DNA from: Bacterioplanes sanyensis
Lineage (GTDB): Bacteria > Pseudomonadota > Gammaproteobacteria > Pseudomonadales > Oceanobacteraceae
Length of the DNA: 64,000 nt
Reading direction: 5' to 3'
Assembly: GCF_002237535.1 (NCBI RefSeq)
Contig: NZ_CP022530.1
Location: forward strand, 4,117,516-4,181,515
In this document: positions 18,700 to 28,500 of the stretch, piece by piece
Position numbering within the stretch: position 1 is the first letter of the stretch
How the letters are laid out: every line of letters starts with the position of its first letter
Made by a program: the position numbers and the translations under genes
The notes under the pieces: generated by a model
Databases searched by the model: none
What the model was told of the DNA's origin: nothing
What the model saw: the letters and a program-made list of their open reading frames with translations, nothing else

Positions 18700-19437
18700 A
18701 TGACGGACGAGAATCAGGAATACACACTGACAGAACCAGAGGATGTCTACGGCGCGCTACGTAAGATTGTCCTGATGGAAGCACCAGTAACCGTGCGCAT
18801 TGATGGCAGCGAGACGGAGTACCACTCCGCCATCACGGACACCGACTTTAAAAGCCGCTCCTTCTTTCTTGATCAAGTCATCCCGCGCGATGGCAACGAT
18901 CATATCCGCGCCGGCAAACGCTTCAGCGTTGAGTGCGATGCGCGTGGCATTCGCATTGAGTTTCGCGCTACCGGTCGGCTCAAGTACCAACCCAGCAAAG
19001 AGCGCTATCGCATTGAGTTGCCAGAACAAGTGCTGTACTTGCAACGTCGCACAGCCTACCGCGTGATGGTACCACCAGCACACGACATACTGGTTAAAGT
19101 GCGCATGAACGACGATGAAGGCGACCTGCTTGGCAACATGATCGACCTCTCCTCCAGCGGCTTCAAAGCTGTCTTCAAAGGCCATGTCAAAAAACGCATG
19201 GACGAACAGCGCGACTTTCCCATCGTGCGTATCCGCTTTAATCGCGAACACACCATGGATTGCAGCTTAGAAGCTCGCCATGTGGTCATTGACGAAAACG
19301 GCAATACTCAATGCGGCTTTGCTTTCACCATGCTCTCCGCCACCGCACAGCGTTATGTCGATCGCCTTATTACCGAGTTTCAATGGGAAGAGCGACGCAT
19401 GATTGAGATGGAAAAAGAGGCGCTCGACGACGAGTGA
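18700..19437 (+). CDS. flgZ: PilZ-domain flagellar brake protein (YcgR/FlgZ-like)
   Basis: N-terminal YcgR (PilZN) domain. PilZ motifs RxxxR (QRRTAYR) and DxSxxG (DLSSSGF). Immediately downstream of flgN, as FlgZ is in Pseudomonas. Confidence 0.75.
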   Translation: MTDENQEYTLTEPEDVYGALRKIVLMEAPVTVRIDGSETEYHSAITDTDFKSRSFFLDQVIPRDGNDHIRAGKRFSVECDARGIRIEFRATGRLKYQPSKERYRIELPEQVLYLQRRTAYRVMVPPAHDILVKVRMNDDEGDLLGNMIDLSSSGFKAVFKGHVKKRMDEQRDFPIVRIRFNREHTMDCSLEARHVVIDENGNTQCGFAFTMLSATAQRYVDRLITEFQWEERRMIEMEKEALDDE

Positions 19438-19473
19438 CAGCCTCACTAACAGCCGTTACAATCCGTCGCCTGC

Positions 19474-19549
19474 CTCCCTATAGCTCAACTGGATAGAGCC
19501 ACCGCCTCCTAAGCGGTAGATCGGGGTTCGAGTCCCTGTGGGGAGGCCA
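19474..19549 (+). tRNA. tRNA-Arg (anticodon CCT)
   Basis: Manual cloverleaf fold. Acceptor CUCCCUA/UGGGGAG with a U-G pair, U8 A9, D-stem GCUC/GAGC, anticodon stem ACCGC/GCGGU, loop CUCCUAA, T-loop UUCGAGU, encoded CCA end. Confidence 0.8.
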
Positions 19550-19828
19550 GTATTTTTCCTTTAAAATCAGTAATTTAGCGTTAGATTGCTACTAATTTTC
19601 GGACATATCAACACTATAAAAAGGCCTAAAAGCCTCCGTAAATACCCTCATAGATGTCAAAAGCATGTCAAATTTTGGCAGCCTTGAGGTGCCTCTGAGA
19701 GGCCACCCCCTGCAATAGTCCAGCAAAAGCTCACATGGTTTTCGAAGCCTATTTAAAAGGCATTCTAGGCCTCTAATTTCTAACCTTACCGAACGCACTT
19801 CCTTGTGCACTCTGCAGTTCAGACACTA

Positions 19829-20956
19829 TTAACCTTCGTGGTTGGATTCCAGCCCCGCGATTGCATGGGTCAGCATGGCGCGTATTTGATCGACCACCGC
19901 CTGTGCTGTTTCGCCGTCGTAACCGCGAATGGCCGGGGTATGAATATGGCCGGTGGGTACATCAATGCCGAGTTGTTGGCCCAGTAAAATACTGCGGTAG
20001 CTGATTTCGTTGGATAAATAGCCGCCTCCTGAGCCAGCAACCGATGTTTGGCCGCTCAAACTGGCCAAACTGTCTGCTAACAAGGCGCCTTTTTCAACCG
20101 TTTCTACCTGCCGGTTGTCGTTAATTTTCCAGCGTCCTTCGGCTTTTTGCATGGCAGCGACGGGCAGCGAAAATTCAACGAACTGCGGGCCAGATAAATC
20201 CTGATCGTATAATTTAGGCGGGATGGGATTCTGCTGCTCGGCTCCGGTGTAAATGTTGCGATTACCCGGCGCCTTGGCACTGCGATTTAAACCGGGAAAG
20301 CGCTCCAGGTCAAAATCCTCACGTCCCATAGAAATGGTGACGATCATATCCACCGACTGGCGCTGCAAATACGGGGTTAGCAGTGATTCGATCATACCCT
20401 GATCAAAGTCCGCAAAACGCACTGGAATCATCGCCGCTTCGATCTCGGCCGTGCGGCCATTCAAGCTCAGTACCTGGCCATCCAGCGACAAGGCCGCCAG
20501 CCCCGAGGGGTTGGCCTGATGCAAATACCGATCAAGAAAAAACGGATCAAAGCCGGTGATTAAAATACGGACATCGGCATTTTGGTCAAACTGAATATCG
20601 TTGATTCCACGCGACGCCAGCTCTAACGGTGCTAAGTCCTTCTCGGTAAGAGCTGCGGCATTTTTTAACTCGCGGCGCAGCCATAAACGTGTCCAATACA
20701 AAGGCCGGTCGTCTGGCTGCCCAGCTTGCACCTGTGTTACAGCTTTGCGCCACAACTGTTGACCCGCTTTGGTTAGCTTCGCTTGGCTATTGGTAGCAGT
20801 GCGTAATTGCTTGAGCTGGTGTTGAGCGCTGTCCTGCAATGGTGACAACAGCTCTGGTAATTGCTGCTCCACCTTAGCGATGCGTTGTTCTTCTGGGTCT
20901 AACGAAGCGGCGTGCAGGTTTATGCTCAGTGCTGCTAATAAAGCCAATACTCGCAT
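19829..20956 (-). CDS. Secreted peptidase-C15 (pyroglutamyl-peptidase I)-like protein
   Basis: Signal peptide MRVLALLAALSINLHAASL. ILITGFDPF resembles the Pcp motif KVLVTGFEPF. The GGGYLSNEISY segment resembles the catalytic SAGTFVCNHVMY region but with Ser in place of Cys. The start is uncertain; the track start is 21028. Confidence 0.5.
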   Translation of the reverse strand: MRVLALLAALSINLHAASLDPEEQRIAKVEQQLPELLSPLQDSAQHQLKQLRTATNSQAKLTKAGQQLWRKAVTQVQAGQPDDRPLYWTRLWLRRELKNAAALTEKDLAPLELASRGINDIQFDQNADVRILITGFDPFFLDRYLHQANPSGLAALSLDGQVLSLNGRTAEIEAAMIPVRFADFDQGMIESLLTPYLQRQSVDMIVTISMGREDFDLERFPGLNRSAKAPGNRNIYTGAEQQNPIPPKLYDQDLSGPQFVEFSLPVAAMQKAEGRWKINDNRQVETVEKGALLADSLASLSGQTSVAGSGGGYLSNEISYRSILLGQQLGIDVPTGHIHTPAIRGYDGETAQAVVDQIRAMLTHAIAGLESNHEG

Positions 20957-21080
20957 GGGGATCTTCTGTGCCAATAAAAGCGCAAAGCCTATCACACTCT
21001 GTCGTTTGGCCATGGATAAAACCACCACAAGGCGCGGCCTCGTGGTGGTATTGCGTCTGCGTTACTGGCTGATTCCTGAA

Positions 21081-22046
21081 TTAGTCGGCAGTCATGTCGA
21101 TGACGATCTTGCCCACAGCAAGCTGTGCTTCGCTGCGCTGGATGGCGTCATTAATGCGGCGCAGTGAATACACGCTGTCGAGATGAACCTGAATATCGCC
21201 CTGATCGATCAACTCGCCAATACGTGCTAAGTCGCTGCCGCTGGGCTGCACCCACATGCGACTGAAATGAACATCGTGCTGGGCGACAAATTCTGCTTCC
21301 ACATCGTCCAGCGTCGACACCACATGGCCACAGCTTTTGACCACTTTAAAAGCGCGTTTGACCAAGTCTCCACCGCTGCTGATGACAAATACCAGGTCGA
21401 CTTCTTTTACCACTTCGGCAAAGTCGGTGGTTTTGTAATCGATGAATTCATCCGCGCCCAAGCTTTTCACATAAGCTGCATTTTTGCCCGAGGCGCTGGC
21501 GATCACCTGCGCGCCTAACGATTTGGCGATTTGCACAGCAAAGCCACCCACACCGCCCGAGGCGCCCAAAATCAGCACGCTTTGTCCGGCGGACAACTGC
21601 CCGTCCTGCACCAACCCTTGCCATGCTGTGACTGCGGCCAAGGGCACACCAGCACTTTCCAGCGCGGTCAGGCTGCGCGGCTTTGGCGCCACCAAGCTGG
21701 CATCGACGCTGATAAAGCCAGCATAACTGCCCTGGCGATCGATGGGCGCAAACACAAACACCTCATCGCCGATGGCGTGCTGACTGACTTGCTCGCCTTT
21801 AGCCACCACAGTGCCCGCGGCGTCCCAGCCCAAAATCAGTGGCAAGGTGTGGGCACCGGTATCGGCAATCATGCCGTTGCGAATATGGAAATCGACCGGG
21901 TTTACGCCTGCAGCCTTCACTTCGATCAGTACTTCATTTGCCGCTGGCTTGGGCGTTGGCAATTGACCGATAACCAGTGGCTGCTGTTGGCCGTAGCCTT
22001 CAATGTAAGCGGCGATCATGGTGTTTTCAGTGTTGTTAGTGCTCAT
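21081..22046 (-). CDS. Zinc-binding alcohol dehydrogenase family / NADPH:quinone oxidoreductase
   Basis: MDR family motifs EVLIEVKAAGVNPVD and LILGASGGVGGFAVQIAKSLGAQVIA. AAGGA RBS before the ATG at 22046. Confidence 0.8.
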   Translation of the reverse strand: MSTNNTENTMIAAYIEGYGQQQPLVIGQLPTPKPAANEVLIEVKAAGVNPVDFHIRNGMIADTGAHTLPLILGWDAAGTVVAKGEQVSQHAIGDEVFVFAPIDRQGSYAGFISVDASLVAPKPRSLTALESAGVPLAAVTAWQGLVQDGQLSAGQSVLILGASGGVGGFAVQIAKSLGAQVIASASGKNAAYVKSLGADEFIDYKTTDFAEVVKEVDLVFVISSGGDLVKRAFKVVKSCGHVVSTLDDVEAEFVAQHDVHFSRMWVQPSGSDLARIGELIDQGDIQVHLDSVYSLRRINDAIQRSEAQLAVGKIVIDMTAD

Positions 22047-22174
22047 CTCAATATCCTTCAGGGTTTGCTTCAGTTGTGTGTGTTTCAAGTGATGAGGCTA
22101 TTGTTGTGCAACACTTTAATACGGTCTAATTGATAGGTAGTATACTTTGCATTGATTCACATGATGATTTAGAC

Positions 22175-23104
22175 GTGGCGAAAACCGATTTGAATCTGGT
22201 GGTGATCTTTGACGCCATCATGCGTGAACAGTCTGTCACCGCGGCCGCCGAGCGTTTGGCGATGACCCAACCCTCGGTGTCCAACGCGTTATCGCGCATG
22301 CGCCACGTCTGGCGTGATCCGTTATTTGTAAAAGACGGCCGTGGCATTCGCCCAACTCCCTATGCCGAGCGTTTATGGCGACAAATCGCTCATCCGCTGT
22401 CGGACATACGCGATGCCGTTAATCCGACAGCCTTTGACCCAGGCAGCCATCAACGCTGCTTTCGCATTGCACTGACCGATGGTTTAACCGGCATGTTCTG
22501 GACGCCGCTGCGGCAGTTCATTGAAAACAATGCCCCCAACATCGACATTCATGCCGTGCCTTACACGGGCGCGCTGGAACAGCAGTTAATGAGTGCCGAC
22601 GTCGATATGGTGGTGGGGCACTACTTTGGCCGCCATGCTCACATTGCCGCTCGGGCGCTGTTTGAAAATCCCTTCGTGGTGGTGATGCGCCCAGATCATG
22701 CACTTACCCAAGGCGCACTGACGCTGGAGCGTTTCGTCGCCGCCGATCAGTTGCTGGTATCACTGTCAGGCGATGCCGAAGGTTCGGTGGACATTGCCTT
22801 GGCTGAAAAAGGCCTCAAGCGCCGCCTGGCGATGACCCTCAATACCTTTGCTGGCGCCGCTGAGCTGGTGCGTGAAACTCAATTGATTACCGTCTTGCCC
22901 TACCCTGTGGTCGCCAAATACCTGCAACGCGGCGAATTAGTGGCGCGCGCGGCGCCGTTATCCATTCCCACCCCAATGATGTACATGGCCTGGCACAAGC
23001 GTGATGAGCGTGACCCGGCAATCTTGTGGTTGCGCGGTGTTATTCAGGCCATTACCGATCAGGTCAACGACGACATCGAACGCCAGCGAGTGCCTTTGCG
23101 CTAG
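22175..23104 (+). CDS. LysR-family transcriptional regulator
   Basis: HTH region DLNLVVIFDAIMREQSVTAAAERLAMTQPSVSNALSRMR. LysR substrate-binding domain. Divergent from the oxidoreductase. A GTG start at 22175 is assumed. Confidence 0.75.
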   Translation: MAKTDLNLVVIFDAIMREQSVTAAAERLAMTQPSVSNALSRMRHVWRDPLFVKDGRGIRPTPYAERLWRQIAHPLSDIRDAVNPTAFDPGSHQRCFRIALTDGLTGMFWTPLRQFIENNAPNIDIHAVPYTGALEQQLMSADVDMVVGHYFGRHAHIAARALFENPFVVVMRPDHALTQGALTLERFVAADQLLVSLSGDAEGSVDIALAEKGLKRRLAMTLNTFAGAAELVRETQLITVLPYPVVAKYLQRGELVARAAPLSIPTPMMYMAWHKRDERDPAILWLRGVIQAITDQVNDDIERQRVPLR

Positions 23105-23427
23105 CGCCTGAACCGATTTGGCAGAGCAACACCGCTCCATAGCTACTGTGAGTCCAGCGCCGCGGCGATGCTGTGCTCAATCGGCGTGGTGGCACGGCCG
23201 ATCAAGCGGCTCAAACTGGCACTGCTGTCGGCCATCCAACCCTCGCTGGCATACACTTCGGCATCCGCTAGAGCGACAGCAAAGTCCGCCAGCGATCAGC
23301 CCCTGCAGCAACAACATCGCTGGGTGCTGCTGCAGCAAACCAGCCACGACAATTTGATTCGCTTGCGCCAGCACGGCCACATGATCGACATTCGACCAAG
23401 CAGCTATTACCGCTGCAACTTCCACTG

Positions 23428-23643
23428 ATGCTGCAACACATGGTGGCACGGGGTTTAGGGTTGGGGGTGATGCTGCCCACCAGTGTGCGCCAGGAACTGA
23501 GTGAGCACGCCGTCACGCAGGTGATGCCCAGCATCAGCAGCGAGCCATTGGTGTTTGCTCTGATGCCCCCGTCGAGGCGCCAACTGCCGCAACGCACACG
23601 CGCTGTGATCGACTATTTGCTCAACACGCGTTTGTTTCAGTGA
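23428..23643 (+). pseudogene. Remnant of a second LysR-family regulator (C-terminal about 70 aa)
   Basis: ARGLGLGVMLPTSVRQELSE...LVFALMPPSRRQLPQRTRAVIDYL is a typical LysR C-terminus. There is no HTH domain. The upstream frame (23118..23428) is broken. Confidence 0.4.
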
Positions 23644-23692
23644 GGTTTACTGCGGTGGCGCACTCAGGCTTGGCTTGCCGAGATACTCAGCA

Positions 23693-23878
23693 TTACTTGT
23701 TGTCGCTTTGCTCGTGCTGCTGAATGTCGCGATACAGGCTGTCCGCTTCACTGCTCAATTGAGCATAGCTGCGCATATCGCCGTTACGCTGGGCTTGCAT
23801 CGCTTGCTCCAGCTTGCGCTGGTACTGCTGGCGCAGTTTTTTGGTTGGGTCGGTTTTGAAGAAAGAAAACATGGCCAC
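23693..23878 (-). CDS. Small conserved hypothetical protein (DUF6435/Lacal_2735-like)
   Basis: MFSFFKTDPTKKLRQQYQRKLEQAMQAQRNGDMRSYAQL matches, from memory, a widespread 50-60-aa family. Confidence 0.5.
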   Translation of the reverse strand: MAMFSFFKTDPTKKLRQQYQRKLEQAMQAQRNGDMRSYAQLSSEADSLYRDIQQHEQSDNK

Positions 23879-23950
23879 CTCCTAAGTTATACAGGATTGT
23901 ACAACACTTATACCTAGCGTATTAAGGGGTCTGGCCTGAAGTTTTTTTAT

Positions 23951-24026
23951 GCGGGTACGTCTGTGGGTATGGGTATGGGTGCGGGTACTTATGTGGTCAT
24001 GAGTGCGGATACGTCTGTGGGTATGA
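23951..24026. repeat. Cluster of short G/T-rich direct repeats
   Basis: GCGGGTACGTCTGTGGGTATG at 23951..23971 recurs as GCGGATACGTCTGTGGGTATG at 24006..24026. GGGTATG/GGGTGCG units lie between them. Confidence 0.4.
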
Positions 24027-24106
24027 GAACGGCAAAGTGACGACATCGGCGCTGTAGACGCAGTTTGTTATGGCTGGCCACCACTTAGGTCGCCAGCCAT
24101 GGCATG

Positions 24107-24346
24107 TTACAGGTCGTATTCGGCCTTCAGCTCGTCGACGCGACGGCGCAGCTCTCCGCGCAACTCTTTGTCTGACAAGCGACCGATGATGTTCGACAGA
24201 ACGCGTTTTTCGTTGTCGTCCACCACGCCATCACGCTTGGCGATATCGAGGATCTTCTCCAACTCGTTAACGTCCAGAGTGCCATCGTTGGCAAAGCAGT
24301 TGATGGAATGGAAGGACATTTCCAAGTAATCGCGATTTTCTTTCAT
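24107..24346 (-). CDS. Hypothetical 79-aa protein (TerB/DjlA-N-like helical domain?)
   Basis: Strong RBS TAAGGAGAAAACC before the ATG. The sequence is GTLDVNELEKILDIAKRDGVVDDNEKRVLSNIIGRL. Sits 76 bp downstream of the zinc-ribbon gene on the same strand. Confidence 0.5.
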   Translation of the reverse strand: MKENRDYLEMSFHSINCFANDGTLDVNELEKILDIAKRDGVVDDNEKRVLSNIIGRLSDKELRGELRRRVDELKAEYDL

Positions 24347-24422
24347 GGTTTTCTCCTTAGGATTGATCTAGCTGTTATACAACACTCAATATCGCCGTCA
24401 ATGAAGGCGGCGATTATCCGTA

Positions 24423-24974
24423 TTATTCACACGTACTGTTACTGGCCGGACGAATCGACAAATATTGCAGAATGTCCGCCTTACCCTGCTGCTGGTTTAA
24501 CCACTGGCGAAACTCATCGGCCTTGGCAAACTGCACTTCACCCAAGCGGTTACGGAAGTTTTCTCTGACACTGGCTTCTTGCTCAGTTAAACGAATCAGG
24601 CGCTGCCAGGCGTCGGTAAATATTCTCGGCAACTGCTGATGCATTTCGCACGATTTCAGCAATGACCACTCACCAGCGTCGAGCCAGGCTTCGTCACACG
24701 TCGCGCACAGCTCCAAGCGATTATCCTGATCGTGACCGATGCGATATTTGCTCATTAAGCGGGCGCATTTGGGGCACAGTTTGGCACCTGCAGAGTCTTC
24801 GGCGGAAAACTCATTGTCCTTCTCAATACTGTGCTGCTCGGTGGTTTGCTGCCAATAACGATAATTCAGCAGCGGTAGCAAGCTGCCACCACACTGCAGG
24901 CATCCCGCTGCGACCAGCCCAGTCTCTAGAGTAACCGGCTGTAACTGGCTGCCCTTGCATTGCGGACACTGCAT
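24423..24974 (-). CDS. Double zinc-ribbon (zf-TFIIB-like) domain protein
   Basis: Two CPxC...C..C units (CPQCKGS...CLQCGG; CPKCARLM...CATCDEAWLDAGEW), which resemble Pfam zf-TFIIB-type bacterial zinc ribbons. AGGAGA RBS. The stop is 9 bp after the rhomboid gene. Confidence 0.6.
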   Translation of the reverse strand: MQCPQCKGSQLQPVTLETGLVAAGCLQCGGSLLPLLNYRYWQQTTEQHSIEKDNEFSAEDSAGAKLCPKCARLMSKYRIGHDQDNRLELCATCDEAWLDAGEWSLLKSCEMHQQLPRIFTDAWQRLIRLTEQEASVRENFRNRLGEVQFAKADEFRQWLNQQQGKADILQYLSIRPASNSTCE

Positions 24975-24983
24975 AATCTTCTC

Positions 24984-25556
24984 CTACTCAATTTCTGTTT
25001 CTGGCTTACCACGACTGAGAGAACTTAAAAAAGCAAATAATCCTCCCGCGACGGCACCCGCGATATGGGCTTCAAATGACACCCCAGGGTGATTCGGAAG
25101 CAAGCCATACACCAAGCCGCCGTAAGCAAACACCACCAGCAACGCCACCATGACATTGACAAAACTGCGTGCGAACAACGCCAGTGCTATTTGCCAGGCC
25201 CAAAGCCCAAAAATCCAGCCGCTGGCGCCAATATGAATGGCCGGCCGAGCAAACAGCCAGACCAAGGCACCAGAGACCACAACAATAAACACACTGGCCA
25301 TCAAGTATTGACGCACCGAATGACGCAAACTGATCAAGCTCAGCATCAGCAGACCGGTCAGGTTGTTAAATAAATGCCACCATTCGCTATGAACAAAAGG
25401 CGCCAACACAATGTGAAACCAGGCGCTGGCTTCGCGTGGCTGGATACCAAAGCGATTCAGCGCCCCACCGACCACGGCGTTTACAGCAAACACCGCAATC
25501 AGTATCAGCGCCAATGAACACAGCAGCAGCAAACGGCGCTTAAGCTGCAACATCAT
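24984..25556 (-). CDS. Rhomboid-family intramembrane serine protease
   Basis: Six TM helices. GASGWIFGLW is the GxSG catalytic Ser motif. HIAGAVAGGL carries the catalytic His. HSEWWHLFNN matches the rhomboid loop. ATGA overlap with the stop of the upstream giant gene. Confidence 0.8.
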   Translation of the reverse strand: MMLQLKRRLLLLCSLALILIAVFAVNAVVGGALNRFGIQPREASAWFHIVLAPFVHSEWWHLFNNLTGLLMLSLISLRHSVRQYLMASVFIVVVSGALVWLFARPAIHIGASGWIFGLWAWQIALALFARSFVNVMVALLVVFAYGGLVYGLLPNHPGVSFEAHIAGAVAGGLFAFLSSLSRGKPETEIE

Positions 25557-28500
25557 GGCTCAGCTGAGCCCTTGGCTGCTGTTGAGGTTTTCGCTCTGTC
25601 AGTCTGGCTTTTTTCAGGCTGGCTTTCTTCAGAGTGGCTTTTGTCGATTTGGCGAGTGCTAGCCAAATCGGTTTCTAACACCCGCAATTGCTCGGATATA
25701 TCGCGCATTTTGCCGTGTGTGCGCAGATCGATTTCGAGCTTTTTATCCATGCTGCGCACCAGCGGGAAAATGCTGTTTTCGATGGTTTCTGCCAGTACTG
25801 CCAGCACTTTATCAATACCAGGCACCGGTTCATTCACCACTTTTACCTTCGGCTGGATTTGTTTTACTGCTTCGGCAAATTGATTCAGACCTTTCAGCAT
25901 GGCTTTGGCGACGATCTCATTTTGACCAGCACTGCTCTGACCCAGTTGTTGAGCGCTGCCGGACAGTGCCTGCACGCCTTCGACCAAATCCGACAGTTGC
26001 GCCACCACTTTGGCACCGGTATCAGCACCGTCGCCGCCCATGGCTTTATTGCGTAAAAAGTCCTTTTTAATTTGTTGCCAGCGCTCGGCTTGTTCTGTGG
26101 TCATGTTGCCACGCAGCTCGGCCAGCTTCAGCAGATTGTCTTCAGCACCAGTGGTCAGCAGTTGCGATTCACCCAGGTAATGATCCGCGATCATTTGCAT
26201 CAGTTCGCGATCATTCATAACGGCGGAGATTTTCTCCGTCATTTTATTCATGTTGCGATAACTGCCCTGCAGCTTAAAGGCAGGCTCAGTGCGATATTTA
26301 TCGTCTTGTGCCGCAGAGGCAATGTACTGCTGGTTAATCTTCAGCACGACTTCCTGCACCACCATCATTTTTTGCAACACGGAAGTCATTTCATTGATTT
26401 CCGCGCCACTGTACTGGTGAGACAAATCGGTGGTGGCGACCTCGCGACCTTTGGCCATATCGATTAACTTATACACATCGTCCATTTCGCGCACCGCCAT
26501 CGGTGCCAGAACCGGGTTAGAGGTCAGCGCGTTTTCGATGTAACTCAGCGCAAACTGCTCATCCATGCCACCTAAGATGTCGCCTAGGTTATAAATATCG
26601 GCACGGTTAGCGAGCATGTCTGGAATCTTAAAGGCTTCGCCCGATTCCGTGTACGGGTTACCCGCCATCACGACACAGAACTTGCGCCCGCGCATGTCGT
26701 AGGTTTTGGTTTTGCCTTTCCAAACACCGTCAATACGACGCGTGCCGTCACACAAGGAGATAAATTTCTGCAAAAACTCTGGATCCGTGTGCTGAATATC
26801 ATCCAGATACAGCATCACATTGTTGCCCATCTCTAACCCGAGGTTGAGCTTTTCCAACTCTTTTCTGGAAGTCGCATCCGGCGCTTGCTGCGGATCTAAT
26901 GACGTCACTTCATGACCCAGCGACGGGCAGTTGATCTTCATGAAGATTAAGCCCAACCGGCTGGCAACGTATTCCATTAATGTGGTTTTACCGTAGCCAG
27001 GCGGCGAGATCATCATCAATAAGCCCATCAAATCGGTACGTTTATTATCACCGATGGTACCCATTTGTTTGGCTAGGTTGTCGCCAATCAAAGGCAAATA
27101 TGACTCGTTAATCAGGCGGTTACGCACAAATGAGCTCAAAGGTTTCGGCTTAAATTCGTCCAACCGCAGTGCTTCGCGTTGTTCTGCGATCACCTGTTGG
27201 CGCACAGCCAAATAGCGATGATACGCAGGCACCACCTCAAAGCGGTGATGCTCCATCTTCAGCAAAAAAGCATCCAGGCCAAAGTGCAACGCTTGCTGCT
27301 CAATCAACGCATGATCGCCCATCAAGCCCGCTACCGATAGCTCCAAATCCACTTCGGTAAAACGTCGTTCAAGGCGCTCATTGGCGTTAATTAATGCCAC
27401 CGCCTCTGGAATGTAACGCTGCAAACCGTCCAGTTGTTTGTCTTTTACCAGCGCTTGCAGCCAGGCTGATGTCAGGTTCCAGCGCTCGGCTGGCCAGCCC
27501 ATCATTTTATCCAGCGCCATCTGATAACGGCGCCAGGTTTCGTCGTCCATCGAACGCTTCAGTTCGTCTACTAACTGAGTGGCGTATTTGCTGCCAATAA
27601 ACTCCAACCGTTCACGCCCCATTTCGGCCACCAGATAGTCGGCAGCGCGCCGGATATCCAGCTCGGTGACCTCAATAGGATGTTGCGCCACAAACTCCTG
27701 CAGCGAGACAAACACTTCTTCCACCAGCAGCTCGACTGCTTCGTTGCTGCGAAATACTGAGCCCATTTGCGCCGCAGACTGAGCACGCTCAGGCCAGGTG
27801 GTAAAACACAAGGTCGCGCGATCTTGCTCGGCGCTTTTCTGACTGCGAGTCAGACCTTTAATATTGGACCAAAACACCTGCGCCAAGCCACGACATAACG
27901 GGTCGTAGCGCAACAAATCAGCACCGTCTAATGCCGGAATCAGTACTTTCAGCAGCAAGACGGCATCATGGTCGTGGATGCCTTTTTCGTATCCTTCCTT
28001 GTAGCGCGGGCTAGCAAACTGACGCACCAACTCCGTCAGTTTGTTATCTTCCAGCAGTGCCGTGCGCAATTGCTGCAGCGATAAACCGTCGCTGTGTTTT
28101 TTTGCCGCTTCGAGAATTAAAAATGCGAGGTATTCAGAGCGATAGACAGCCGGAGTCTCTGACTCCAGGTTCATATCCCAATAATCGCGCAGCGCCAACA
28201 GCTCGGCCTGTTCAATGGGCTCGTAATAATCGGTGCCGGTGAGGTGAATATTCAGCATGCCATCACGCGGAATGATGGTCAGATCCAGCTCCTGAGTATT
28301 AACTGAGAACTTATGACGTGGCCCCAGTTTGATGACATTACCGCCATCTTCATAAATATCGCTTTTGTCTCGTAACGAGCGCAGCGCTTGTTCTTTAATG
28401 GCTTTTAACCGGGCCTCGATATCATCGGCTTTCACCGCCGCATCCAGCTGCCGCAGCTGCTCCACCTGCTCGCGAATCTTCATCACCAGTGCATCAGAGG

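Noticed and set aside
19472-19549. tRNA beginning at G19472
   Set aside because: That parse places A at position 8 and breaks the D-stem. The C19474 start instead gives U8, A9, a GCUC/GAGC D-stem and an encoded CCA.
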